From the NCBI GenBank assembly GCA_038867695.1, contig JAWBXT010000003.1:1-39509 (forward strand): a stretch of DNA of 39,509 nt, in the 5' to 3' direction. The translations under genes and the position numbers were made by a program. Shown here one piece after another: positions 28,019-37,807 of this stretch. The stretch comes from Thermoproteota archaeon (GTDB taxonomy: Archaea; Thermoproteota; EX4484-205; JAAOZP01). Position 1 is the stretch's first letter; every line of letters starts with the position of its first letter. A model generated the notes under the pieces. It searched no databases, had not been told where the DNA came from, and was given only the letters and a program-made list of their open reading frames with translations.

Positions 28019-29274
28019 GTGGATTAACAGCAATTCAAAAAGTGCTTTCGAAAAAATCCTGTAAAAAAGTGGAAGTAGGAGACATAATTGAGGCTAAAGT
28101 AGACTATCTTATGCTTCATGAGGTAACTGGACCATTAGCGGTTGAAGAATTTGAAAAAATATCTGAAAAAGTATGGGATCCTAGTAGGATTATCGTTATT
28201 TTCGACCATGATGTTCCTCCAAGCACGATTGAGCTTTCAAATCAAATGAGGAGAATGAGGGTTTTCGTTAAGAAATACGGTATAAGCAACTTTTATGAAA
28301 TAGGAAGGGGAGGTATTGCTCACCAGGTGCTTTTCGAAGAGGGCTTTGACATTCCGGGCTTCTTGATAATCGGTGTGGACAGTCATACTTGCACTGCTGG
28401 AGCAACCGGCGCCGTAGGAATAGGAGTGGGTTCAACAGACGCTGCAGTAGTCTTAGCGACGGGTGAAATCTGGCTTAGAGTCCCTGAAACGATTATCGTG
28501 GAAGTAAATGGAGATTTTCAAAAAGGAGTATTTGCTAAAGATCTTGCCTTACATGTTGTTGGAAGAATCGGAGCAAACGGAGCTACTTACAAAGTTATAG
28601 AGTATGCAGGTGAAACAGTGGATAAATTATCCTTATCGGAACGTTTAACTCTGGCGAATCTTTCTATTGAAATGGGAGCTAAGACAGGTATTGTTCAAAC
28701 CGATTCTAAAAGCTTCGAATACGCTAAGAGCTTTAACAAGGAGGGACAATATATGGATGTTAAAAGCGATCCCGATTCTGACTTTGAAAAAGTAGAGATA
28801 GATACTTCTCAGCTGGAACCAGTAGTAAGTGTCCCACATAGCGTTGATGACGTTAAGCCTGTGAGAGAGGTTGAGGGTCTACAGATAGATCAGGCTTTCT
28901 TAGGCTCATGCACCAACGGTAGGCTAGATGATCTTCTCGTAGCTTTAAAAATATTGAAGGGGAAGAAAGTTGCTCCTTGGATAAGGCTCATAGTAAGCCC
29001 TGCCTCGGTAAAAGTGTATAACGAGGCTTTGAAAATGGGGATAATTGAAGAGATTGTAAGAGCAGGAGGTATAGTTACATCCCCAACTTGCGGCGCATGT
29101 TTGGGAATGTCCAGAGGGGTTCTCGCGGAAGATGAGGTTGCAGTTTCAAGTAGCAATAGGAATTTCATTGGAAGAATGGGTGCTAAAAGCAGTAAGGTTT
29201 ATTTAGCTTCCCCAGCGACCGTCGCAGCATCTGCAATCGAAGGGAAAATAGCAGATCCCAGGAGGTATCTTTAA
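28015..29274 (+). CDS. leuC: 3-isopropylmalate dehydratase large subunit
   Basis: FDH, DSHTCT, GSCTNGR, TCGACLG, NRNFIGRMG, YLASPA. Confidence 0.92.
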   Translation: MSGLTAIQKVLSKKSCKKVEVGDIIEAKVDYLMLHEVTGPLAVEEFEKISEKVWDPSRIIVIFDHDVPPSTIELSNQMRRMRVFVKKYGISNFYEIGRGGIAHQVLFEEGFDIPGFLIIGVDSHTCTAGATGAVGIGVGSTDAAVVLATGEIWLRVPETIIVEVNGDFQKGVFAKDLALHVVGRIGANGATYKVIEYAGETVDKLSLSERLTLANLSIEMGAKTGIVQTDSKSFEYAKSFNKEGQYMDVKSDPDSDFEKVEIDTSQLEPVVSVPHSVDDVKPVREVEGLQIDQAFLGSCTNGRLDDLLVALKILKGKKVAPWIRLIVSPASVKVYNEALKMGIIEEIVRAGGIVTSPTCGACLGMSRGVLAEDEVAVSSSNRNFIGRMGAKSSKVYLASPATVAASAIEGKIADPRRYL

Positions 29275-29780
29275 TGATTATTCGGGGCAAAGTGATAAAG
29301 CTCGGCGACAACATAGATACTGATATAATAATACCTGCAAGATACTTAGTGACACATGACCCGTTCGTCCTTGCAAAACACGTTTTTGAAGACTATTATC
29401 CTGAGTTCAGAGAAAAGGCTAAGGGGAGTGTTATAATCGTTGCTGGAGAAAACTTTGGACTAGGAAGCTCTAGGGAGCATGCTGTAATAGCTTTGAAACA
29501 TTCTAATGTGAAGGCTATCGTAGCAAAATCATTCGCGAGAATATTCTATAGGAATGCTATCAACCTAGGCATGCCTGTCTTAATACTAGAAGATAAAAAT
29601 AGTATTGAAGAGCTCCGGGATGGAGTGGAAGTTGAGGTAGATTTGGAAAAGGGTGTTTTAATAGAGTTTGACACAGGAAAGGAGTTTTTATGTCATAAAA
29701 TACCCAGTTTCATAGTTGAAATATTAAAAGCGGGCGGATTAATAAATTATTTCAAAGAAAAAAGGCAGAAATCAGCGTAA
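29274..29780 (+). CDS. leuD: 3-isopropylmalate dehydratase small subunit
   Basis: DNIDTD.IIPARYLV, NFGLGSSREHA, SFARIFYRNAIN; YLV loop favours IPM isomerase over homoaconitase. Confidence 0.92.
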   Translation: MIIRGKVIKLGDNIDTDIIIPARYLVTHDPFVLAKHVFEDYYPEFREKAKGSVIIVAGENFGLGSSREHAVIALKHSNVKAIVAKSFARIFYRNAINLGMPVLILEDKNSIEELRDGVEVEVDLEKGVLIEFDTGKEFLCHKIPSFIVEILKAGGLINYFKEKRQKSA

Positions 29781-29831
29781 AAACTTCTGCGATAACTATT
29801 TATAAACCCGCCGTGAATATGCTTTATACAA

Positions 29832-30662
29832 TTGCAGCGTAGAGAAACGGTTACTAAGTATTCATGTCCAGTATGTGGACGCCCTCTCAGTTCTGAATAC
29901 AAGTTCTGCCCATCTTGTGGAACACCGCGCAGGGGAATTTCATACGTGAGGAAGGTTTCTACAGGGAATTCTGCTATAGACGAAATACTAGAAGGAGGCT
30001 TTGAGGCTGGGAAGACATACCTGCTTGCGGGAGAGGCTGGTACTGGTAAAACTATCTTCAGCCTTCAGTACTTGATATACGGCGCTAAAAACAATGAGCC
30101 CGGTATCTACGTAACGATTGATGAAAGACCGGAGGTTTTGATAAAAGATGTTAGAAACTTCGGCTGGGATCTCCAACCTCTCATAGAAATGAGGAAGCTT
30201 TCGATAATACCGGTTAGGAGGTACTTTACCTCTAAAATGTGGGGTAGGGAAATGGACACTATAGTCAACAGCATAGTTGAAGAATTGGATAGGAAGAAGA
30301 AGGAGATAGGTGCTAAGAGACTTGTTATAGATCCAATAGCGCCCTTGGTAACAACTTATTCCAGCGAGATAGCATGGGTTAGAGAGTATATCAGAAGCCT
30401 AATATTTTCTATAGAAGAACGCTTAGGCGTAACGACGCTCATAACCTCTGAGATACCAACTGGCGAGAATGCAATGAGCAGGTATGGTGTCGAAGAATTC
30501 TTAGCCTCCGGTGTCATAATACTTTCATTGACAAGAGTTGGGAATTCCATTATAAGGACAATGTTTATCAGGAAAATGCGATGGACTGCTGTAAATCCGA
30601 CTATATACAGGTTTGAAATAGAACGCGGCCGCGGTATAGTCCTTAAAGAACCCTTAACTTAG
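29832..30662 (+). CDS. KaiC/RAD55-like RecA-superfamily ATPase with N-terminal zinc ribbon
   Basis: CPVCG...YKFCPSCG, STG...DEILEGG, GEAGTGKT, RLVIDP, EEFLASGVI, IRKMR. Confidence 0.88.
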   Translation: MQRRETVTKYSCPVCGRPLSSEYKFCPSCGTPRRGISYVRKVSTGNSAIDEILEGGFEAGKTYLLAGEAGTGKTIFSLQYLIYGAKNNEPGIYVTIDERPEVLIKDVRNFGWDLQPLIEMRKLSIIPVRRYFTSKMWGREMDTIVNSIVEELDRKKKEIGAKRLVIDPIAPLVTTYSSEIAWVREYIRSLIFSIEERLGVTTLITSEIPTGENAMSRYGVEEFLASGVIILSLTRVGNSIIRTMFIRKMRWTAVNPTIYRFEIERGRGIVLKEPLT

Positions 30663-31252
30663 GGTAGTCTAGTACCGCATCTGAAACAGAATTTGTAGCG
30701 TGCATTGTTTATAGCTCCGCACTTGGGACAAGTTTTAGTGTTTGAAGTAGCACCTTCCTCTTCCATCCTACTGACTTCAAAACTCGGTTGAACACTAGAT
30801 TCTTCTGCCTCTTCTCGTTCCGGGATTATATAACCTGTCTCTCCCTTGAACGGAGCCTGCAGTTCGGAGACCCCACCAACTCCACTTTTTGGAGCTATCT
30901 GAACTTCTGCCTCGCCTGTTGCTCCCGTTAGCTGCGGCTTTTCCAAGGGCATCATCGAACTCGAGACGGATTGTTCCTTTAAGACGGATTTTGCTTCTTC
31001 ACGTACCTCAACGGGCTTCTTGGGAGCAGTTGATATAACCGGGATGGTAACCTCCTTCTTTAAAATAACTATGTCTTCAGCAGCCTCAACTTCACTCCAT
31101 ATAAACTCCATTTCGCGCTTATCTCTTCCTTCTACGACTATACCGACAAGGTTCTCGCCTAATACAAAACCTATATCCTTTACAACTCCAACATACCTAC
31201 CTTTCTTATCGTAGACTTGAAGACCTATTATCTTCTCTTTTCTAATTAGCAA
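30659..31252 (-). CDS. PRC-barrel domain protein with Pro/Glu-rich linker and C-terminal zinc ribbon
   Basis: IIGLQVYDKKGRYVGVVKDI...W..V....DIVIL PRC barrel; CPKCG..N...YKFCFRCG. Confidence 0.82.
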   Translation of the reverse strand: MLIRKEKIIGLQVYDKKGRYVGVVKDIGFVLGENLVGIVVEGRDKREMEFIWSEVEAAEDIVILKKEVTIPVISTAPKKPVEVREEAKSVLKEQSVSSSMMPLEKPQLTGATGEAEVQIAPKSGVGGVSELQAPFKGETGYIIPEREEAEESSVQPSFEVSRMEEEGATSNTKTCPKCGAINNARYKFCFRCGTRLP

Positions 31253-31367
31253 TTCATAGTAAGAAACTCGTGCTCATTTTTATCCTTTTATCTCGACATT
31301 AGTATATTATACTACCGACGATTGTTAACATTATTTTTTACCACTTTAAAATAATCTGCTTAATCAC

Positions 31368-32867
31368 TTAAGAGAAGGAAAACCCCTCTACAATACTTTT
31401 AACATATTCTTCCAGGGTTTTTCTAGCAATCCTGTCTTCCTCGACCATTTCATCCAGTTTAGAATAGTACTCTTTCAAGAGCCTCTTTCTTCCTTGCAGC
31501 ATTTTAATGTCACCAGACTGTGAACCTCCACCTGCCGAAGCTCTCAACGAAACTATTAAATCATCTTTTTTACTTAAAATGTTCATCAGAAGCTGGCTTA
31601 TGTCTCTACCTAATATCCGTAGAGAAGCCTCTTTAAGTTCTTCTTCCCCAAGGCTCCTGAAGCCTTTACCCTTCTTAATGCTCTGTTTCACCATCTCGCC
31701 TACCAGTCTATGCGCTAACCTGAATGGAACCTTAGCTTCCTCTATAATCCTCTCTGCAACGTCAAGTGCTATTATGCTTTGCTCCATTAAGGATCTTATC
31801 CTATCCCGGTTTTCACAAATATTCTCAACGATGATCTTAATAATTCTAAGTGTCTCTTTTACTGTTTCAAAAGCTTCGATCAAGGGAGGCTTAGTCTCCT
31901 GCAGGTCCCTAACATAACCACTGGGAATCGCCTTATATACCATTGAAAGCTGAGCCAAGCTTGAGAATACCCTCCCAGACCTGGCTCGAGCAAGTTCAAG
32001 TATACAAGGGTTCTTCTTATTCGGCATAGCACTTGAAGGGAAGGCTAATTCGTCGGGAAGGGTGAAGAAGCCAAATTCAGAAGTAAGCCAGATTATAAAG
32101 TCCTCCATCATCCTACTTAAGTTCAGCATCAATATGTTTAGGTTTGAGACAACTTCGAGTATGAAGTCTCTAGATGATACTGCGTCAAAGGAGTTTTCCA
32201 AAAGGCCGTAGAAACCAAGGAGCCTAGTCGTGAGCTCTCTGTCTACTTTTAGAGAGGTGCCTACTATTGCAACACTTCCAAGAGGGTTTAAGTTAATCCT
32301 CTTCAAAGAATCCAAGATACGGTCGAAGTCCCTTAGAAGGATGTCGAAGTAGCCGAGGAAGTAGTGGGACAACGGAGCCACCTGCGCTTGCTGGAGATGA
32401 GTGTAAAACGGAAATAGAATGTCGATAGTATTCTGTGCTTTTTTCAAAAGAGAATTCTCCAAATCCAGTATCTCCTTTAGAACACCAAGGACTTCTCTTC
32501 TGGTTTTCAACCTTACTGCAGTTACAACCTGATCGTTTCTCGAACGAGCAGTATGGACTAAGCCCCCAATTTCCATTCCCACTTCCTCGATGATGAAAGA
32601 TTCTATAAATTCATGCACGTCCTCATATTTTTCAGCATTAATCTGGATTAAATTTTTGTTTTCCAAGAGTTTTTTAATAGCGTAAACAATCTTCTTAAAC
32701 TGTTCTTCTGTTATATATCCCTGTTTCATAAGCATGAAGTCGTGTGCAATAGTGGCTTCTATATCCTCGTTTAATATCCATAAGTCTTCCTTCATACTTG
32801 AAGCATATCTGGTTGCTTCTGGAAAAGCAGGTTCTAGCCGACTACGGTATATACCTTCTTCAGACAT
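31368..32867 (-). CDS. argH: Argininosuccinate lyase
   Basis: EDVH, HTARSRNDQV, YTHLQQAQ, SSAMPNKKNP, RDLQE, PFRLAH. Confidence 0.95.
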   Translation of the reverse strand: MSEEGIYRSRLEPAFPEATRYASSMKEDLWILNEDIEATIAHDFMLMKQGYITEEQFKKIVYAIKKLLENKNLIQINAEKYEDVHEFIESFIIEEVGMEIGGLVHTARSRNDQVVTAVRLKTRREVLGVLKEILDLENSLLKKAQNTIDILFPFYTHLQQAQVAPLSHYFLGYFDILLRDFDRILDSLKRINLNPLGSVAIVGTSLKVDRELTTRLLGFYGLLENSFDAVSSRDFILEVVSNLNILMLNLSRMMEDFIIWLTSEFGFFTLPDELAFPSSAMPNKKNPCILELARARSGRVFSSLAQLSMVYKAIPSGYVRDLQETKPPLIEAFETVKETLRIIKIIVENICENRDRIRSLMEQSIIALDVAERIIEEAKVPFRLAHRLVGEMVKQSIKKGKGFRSLGEEELKEASLRILGRDISQLLMNILSKKDDLIVSLRASAGGGSQSGDIKMLQGRKRLLKEYYSKLDEMVEEDRIARKTLEEYVKSIVEGFSFS

Positions 32868-32974
32868 CCTCCTTAATGGGGTTTAAAGCAGGCTAATAAG
32901 GTTATAGACTTATTGGAATTCAAAAATTTAAAAATCCGGACTACTTACGTTCTCGTCCAGAAAGGATTTAGATA

Positions 32975-34093
32975 ATGATAATCGAGAAAAAGCCAGAGAT
33001 AGGAAAGCTTGTAACATTCATACCGAATAAGCACACACCCATACATAATTGGTTCTACTATAAGGAGGGTTTTTCAAGAGATTTTGTAGAATTGATAATT
33101 AAAAATCTTAATCTTGGAAGAGAGTCTTGGGTATTAGATCCCTTCTGTGGAGTTGGGACTACGCAGCTTACTTGTAAAGAGGTTGGGATAAATGCAGTAG
33201 GCATAGATGTAGCCGATCTTCCAGTATTCGTATCTAAGGTTAAGACTGCAGATTATGATGTTAATTTGTTGAAAGAGATTTCGCGAAGAATATTCTCCGA
33301 GAGATTTAGTAAGCAAGATTTAAGTGGACTCAGTAGCTTTGTTAAGAAGGCCTTTCCGAGGCATGTTTTAGAAGACGTATTGTTTTTCCGAAGCATAGTA
33401 GAGAAAATAGAGGATGAGGTTGCGAATGGCTTCTTCAAGCTAGGATTAATAAGTGCTGCGATTAAAGCATCCTATATAGTGAAAGATGGGGGAGTTTTAA
33501 AGATAATTAGGGATAGAAATATTCCCCCGTTTAGGAAATTCTATAAGAATAGGATTAAACGTATGATAAGAGATTTGGAGAATTTTAAAACCCTTAACCC
33601 GACGATAGTCACGTTGAAAGCAGACTCTAGAAATCTAGGGTTTCTTAGCGATAATATGTTTGATACCGTGATTACCTCACCCCCGTATTTGAATAAGATA
33701 GAATATACTAGAGTCTACCGAGTGGAGAACGAGCTTTTCTTCAAGGAGGCAGAAACCATGTTAAGGTCCTACATAGGCGATTGGGTTAAGGACGATGACA
33801 GTTTTGAGTATAAAGAGCTGCCTGCAATAGCTAGAGCTTATTTTAAGGATCTTAGGAAAGTATTATTAGAACTCTACCGTGTTCTCAAAGAAGGAGGAGT
33901 AGGAGTATTCGTTATCGCCCAAGGAGTATTCCCAACAGGCGTCGTAGAATCCGAGAAGATTTTCTCTGAAATGGCTTCAGAAATCGGTTTTGAAACCGAA
34001 AAAGTGTGGTTAGTTAATAGAAGAGTAGCAACTAGAGACCGTGTTATTAAAATAGGCTATGCAGACGAGTATGTAATATTCATACGCAAATGA
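32975..34093 (+). CDS. Amino-DNA methyltransferase (probably N4-cytosine, motif order I then IV)
   Basis: IHNWFYYKEGFS, LDPFCGVGTT (motif I), ITSPPYLN (motif IV), RVLKEGG. Confidence 0.82.
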   Translation: MIIEKKPEIGKLVTFIPNKHTPIHNWFYYKEGFSRDFVELIIKNLNLGRESWVLDPFCGVGTTQLTCKEVGINAVGIDVADLPVFVSKVKTADYDVNLLKEISRRIFSERFSKQDLSGLSSFVKKAFPRHVLEDVLFFRSIVEKIEDEVANGFFKLGLISAAIKASYIVKDGGVLKIIRDRNIPPFRKFYKNRIKRMIRDLENFKTLNPTIVTLKADSRNLGFLSDNMFDTVITSPPYLNKIEYTRVYRVENELFFKEAETMLRSYIGDWVKDDDSFEYKELPAIARAYFKDLRKVLLELYRVLKEGGVGVFVIAQGVFPTGVVESEKIFSEMASEIGFETEKVWLVNRRVATRDRVIKIGYADEYVIFIRK

Positions 34094-35113
34094 TTAGAAA
34101 AGCTTAATGCATTTCTCCTTCATGGAATTGAGGTCATAAGCTTCATACCCCGACTTCCTAAGCTCTCGGGAAAACCTTTTGGAAAAACCATGAATCGTAA
34201 AGACCTTCTGTGGAGAAGTCTCTTCAACTATTTTGAGTAAACCCCTGAAATCAGCATGATCGCTAAGTGGAAAAGCTTTGTCAATATTAAGCGTCTCCTC
34301 GTAATCATTGAGAAGTGACCTACCAGAGAACCCGATTAAAACCGCATTATACTTCTTCTTAAGGACTTGCATGAATGCATTCCTACCAGAGATGTTTGGA
34401 TAGTAAAGTACCCAATTATAGCCTTTAGGCAATATTTGCGATTGAGAATACATGATATTCTTACTCTCTATGGTAAGAGAGAACAGCCTGTAAACATCGT
34501 TATACCTTAATATTGAAGGAGAGGTATATTTTTCAACATCTGGTAGAAAACTATCGAATATCATTTGAATATGCTGCGATTTACCTAATGGGTAGCCCAT
34601 TAAGACTACAGGTCTATTTTTACTTAAATTCTCCCTAAGGTAATCGACAGCTTCTTTAACTAACTCATGTCTAGGTGGGAAAACCAGGTTTGGACTTCCA
34701 TAGTTAGATTCTATTATTAAAGTGTGTACTTTTGGGAAACGTTGTCTAGGTATATCCCCCAAAGGAGAAGTATTGATATCCCCAGTATAGAGTATTGTCC
34801 CATTCCTCGCTTCGAGAAGTATTGCCTTAGAGCCAAGTATATGGCCAGAATCAAATAGGGGGAAATGTTTTTCAACCCGCTTTAGTCCAATTCCTCTAAG
34901 GGCGGATAGGATAAAGGTTTCTTCAGAACATATGGCTTCTAGATTCTGAGGACTTTTACGAATATGATCCAGGTGGGCATGTGAAATGAAAACGTAATCC
35001 GCTGAAGAGTCTGATCCCGGTTTTAATAGAGTCCCATACTCATTGAGATAGATTGTTGCGAAACGATCTAAATTGATCGAAAATGTTCTCTTTGAAAAAT
35101 GTGGCACCCCCAT
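34094..35113 (-). CDS. Short beta-CASP metallo-beta-lactamase nuclease
   Basis: FISHAHLDH, SGHILGS, YTGD, IESNYG, YPLGKSQ, LSDHAD, TIHG. Confidence 0.85.
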   Translation of the reverse strand: MGVPHFSKRTFSINLDRFATIYLNEYGTLLKPGSDSSADYVFISHAHLDHIRKSPQNLEAICSEETFILSALRGIGLKRVEKHFPLFDSGHILGSKAILLEARNGTILYTGDINTSPLGDIPRQRFPKVHTLIIESNYGSPNLVFPPRHELVKEAVDYLRENLSKNRPVVLMGYPLGKSQHIQMIFDSFLPDVEKYTSPSILRYNDVYRLFSLTIESKNIMYSQSQILPKGYNWVLYYPNISGRNAFMQVLKKKYNAVLIGFSGRSLLNDYEETLNIDKAFPLSDHADFRGLLKIVEETSPQKVFTIHGFSKRFSRELRKSGYEAYDLNSMKEKCIKLF

Positions 35114-36789
35114 TAAATGAAGAACTTATTGTCTCTGAGCTTTTTTAAAAACTTGCCTTCAGTTTTTTTCATAACAGGAATCCATCTCTTCCTTCTATTT
35201 TTAAGCTCCTCTTCATCAACCAGTAGATCTATTCTTCTACTCGGAACATCTATAAGTATCTCATCGCCGTCTTCAACAAGAGCTATAGGTCCGCCTAAGA
35301 AGGCTTCCGGCGAAACATGTCCTATGGCTATTCCCTTGGTCCCTCCCGAGAACCTGCCGTCAGTAACCAATGCAACCTTCTCAACAAGGTTCCTCCCAAC
35401 TATAAGCGAAGTGGGCATTAGCATCTCGCGCATACCTGGGCCTCCTAATAACCCCTCATATCTCACAACTACCACGGTATTCTCCGTAAAGTCTTCTATC
35501 TCAAGCGATTTTACAGCCTCCTCTTCAGAGTTGAATGCTCTCGCCTTGCCCCTGAACGCTCTAAGCTGAGCAGGTGTCCCGGCAAGTTTTATTACCGCGC
35601 CTTCGGGAGCCAACGAGCCCCATAGAATCGCTATGCCTCCTTCACTCCTGTATGGATTATGAGGAGGCCTTATGAAGCTCCCTCTTGGCTCAGGGAATTC
35701 CTCAATAAGGTCTCCTAGTGTTTTTCCGGTAACCGTCATCGCGTTTAAGTGAAGATATTTCCAGAGCATCTTGAGAAGCGAGGGGACCCCACCAGCGTTG
35801 TAAAAGTCTATCATGAAACTCTCTCCAGAAGGCCTTATGAGAACCAGTGTTGGCACCCTCCTACTCACCTCGTCAAAAGTTTCCAAAGGAATGTCGTAAC
35901 CAGCTTCTTTAGCCAAAGCGCTTATGTGAAGTACAGTATTGGTTGATCCCCCCAGCGCATTGTCTACTATTATTGCATTTATCAGATTTTCTTTTTTAAC
36001 AATATCCTTAAACCCAAGTCCTTCTCTCAAGAGCCCCATTATTCTCCTTCCGGATTCGTATGCGAGCTTCTTCTTCTTGTTGTCTATGGCGTGTGTTGCA
36101 GCCATGCCTGGAAGGGAGAGACCCATTGCCTCTACGAGACACGCCATAGTGTTTGCTGTAAAAAGCCCCGCGCAGCTTCCAGCCCCAGGGCAAGCAGCTC
36201 TTTCAAATTCCATCAACTCTTCAAGTGTAATTCTTCCCTCATGATACTCGCCTAGCATTTCAAATACTGACACTAGGTCTACCTTTCTACCTTTAAAGAC
36301 GCCAGGATACATAGGTCCACCAGTTACGAATATAGAGGGCAGGTTTAGCCTAGCCGCTGCGAGAAGATGGCCGGGAACTATCTTATCACACGAGGAGATG
36401 AAAACAGCAGCATCGAGCATATGTGCTGAAAGCATTATCTCTATAGAATCTGCTATTACCTCCCTGCTTGGGAGAGAATATTTCATTCCCTCGTGGTTCA
36501 TCGCTAATCCGTCGCAGACAGCGATGGTGTTGAAAACTAAGGGGACTCCTCCTTCGTCTCTAATTCCTTTTGAGACTTCTTCAGCAAGAGAGTTAAGATG
36601 AATATGTCCTGGAACGATATTCGTATAAGAATTAACTATTGCCACAAATGGTTTTTCAAGATCTTCTTTCTCTAAACCCACTGCATAAAGTAGGCTTCTA
36701 TGTGGAGCTCTATCAACACCTTTCTTAATTGCGTCGCTCCTCATTTCAAGCTTTTCACTACGTTTCTCTAGTAGTAAACTAGTACTCAT
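35113..36789 (-). CDS. ilvD: Dihydroxy-acid dehydratase
   Basis: VCDG, YSLPSRE, CDKIVPG, GSCAGLFTANTM, GGSTN, GPGMREM, TDGRFSG; alternative start at 36744. Confidence 0.96.
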   Translation of the reverse strand: MSTSLLLEKRSEKLEMRSDAIKKGVDRAPHRSLLYAVGLEKEDLEKPFVAIVNSYTNIVPGHIHLNSLAEEVSKGIRDEGGVPLVFNTIAVCDGLAMNHEGMKYSLPSREVIADSIEIMLSAHMLDAAVFISSCDKIVPGHLLAAARLNLPSIFVTGGPMYPGVFKGRKVDLVSVFEMLGEYHEGRITLEELMEFERAACPGAGSCAGLFTANTMACLVEAMGLSLPGMAATHAIDNKKKKLAYESGRRIMGLLREGLGFKDIVKKENLINAIIVDNALGGSTNTVLHISALAKEAGYDIPLETFDEVSRRVPTLVLIRPSGESFMIDFYNAGGVPSLLKMLWKYLHLNAMTVTGKTLGDLIEEFPEPRGSFIRPPHNPYRSEGGIAILWGSLAPEGAVIKLAGTPAQLRAFRGKARAFNSEEEAVKSLEIEDFTENTVVVVRYEGLLGGPGMREMLMPTSLIVGRNLVEKVALVTDGRFSGGTKGIAIGHVSPEAFLGGPIALVEDGDEILIDVPSRRIDLLVDEEELKNRRKRWIPVMKKTEGKFLKKLRDNKFFI

Positions 36790-37769
36790 TTCCCAACCAA
36801 CGCTCTTATTTTACTTCCAATTACCTCTATGAGATGATTCTTCTCTCTCTCCATTAGAGTTCTTAAAACAACCTGATTAGAATTGTTTTCTAGAACCCAT
36901 TCTCTAGCGAAGACGCCAGATTGGATATCTTCAAGAAGCTTCTTCATCTTTTTCTTTACCTCCTCGTCTATAAGGTACGGACCGCGTGTTAGACCGCCGT
37001 ACTTAGCAGTATCGCTAACAGCTTGCCACATGCCTGATAATCCCTTAGCCCATATTAAGTCAACTATCAATTTAAGCTCGTTTAGGACCTCAAAGTAAGC
37101 AACCTCAGGCTGATAGCCTGCTTCAACAAGTACTTCAAACCCGCTCTTTATGAGAGAAGATACTCCTCCGCATAGAACTGCCTGCTCACCGAAGAGGTCT
37201 GTTTCAACCTCTTCTTTAAAGGAAGATTCTATTAAACCGATTCTGCTTAAACCAATTGCTTTCGCTAATTCTCTAACTATCTTCGAAGCATTGCCCGTAT
37301 AATCTTGGTATACTGCTATCAATCCAGGTACTCCAGTACCATGTACGTATGCATCCCTCAAAGCAGGACCAGGAGCCTTAGGCGCCACAAGTATTACATC
37401 CAGCCAAGGTGCGGGAACTATCTGCCTATAGTATATGTTGAATGCATGTGCAAATACGAGTGTAGAACCCTTAGAGATGTTATGTGCCACATATTCTTCG
37501 TAGACCTTTGGCTGGGCAGGGTCTGGTAGAAGCATCATAATAATATCTCCTTTCCTCACAGCCTCTCCTATCTCATAGACCTCGAAGCCGTCTTCAACAG
37601 CCCTCTTCCAAGAAGAACCGTCTTTTCTTAACCCGAGGATTATCTTGACTCCACTATCCCTAATGTTTTTGGCTTGCGCCTCTCCTTGAGAACCATATCC
37701 TATTACAGTGACCGTCTTATTCTTTATCAACTCTATTGTTATATCTTCATCTCTTATTATCCTAGCCAT
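36786..37769 (-). CDS. ilvC: Ketol-acid reductoisomerase
   Basis: IGYGSQG, APKAPG, ETDLFGEQAVLCGG, AYFE..NELKLIVDL, SDTAKYG. Confidence 0.97.
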   Translation of the reverse strand: MARIIRDEDITIELIKNKTVTVIGYGSQGEAQAKNIRDSGVKIILGLRKDGSSWKRAVEDGFEVYEIGEAVRKGDIIMMLLPDPAQPKVYEEYVAHNISKGSTLVFAHAFNIYYRQIVPAPWLDVILVAPKAPGPALRDAYVHGTGVPGLIAVYQDYTGNASKIVRELAKAIGLSRIGLIESSFKEEVETDLFGEQAVLCGGVSSLIKSGFEVLVEAGYQPEVAYFEVLNELKLIVDLIWAKGLSGMWQAVSDTAKYGGLTRGPYLIDEEVKKKMKKLLEDIQSGVFAREWVLENNSNQVVLRTLMEREKNHLIEVIGSKIRALVGK

Positions 37770-37807
37770 CTTAAATCACGCTATTAACAAGCTTTCTTTA
37801 ATTCTTT

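Noticed and set aside
26480-29780. Absence of leuB from the leu cluster as a sign of a novel pathway
   Set aside because: leuB is often encoded separately, for example beyond the window; cannot be judged here
29832-30662. True circadian KaiC
   Set aside because: Single ATPase domain, no Ser-Thr phosphosite pair at the equivalent motif (reads EEF), no kaiB
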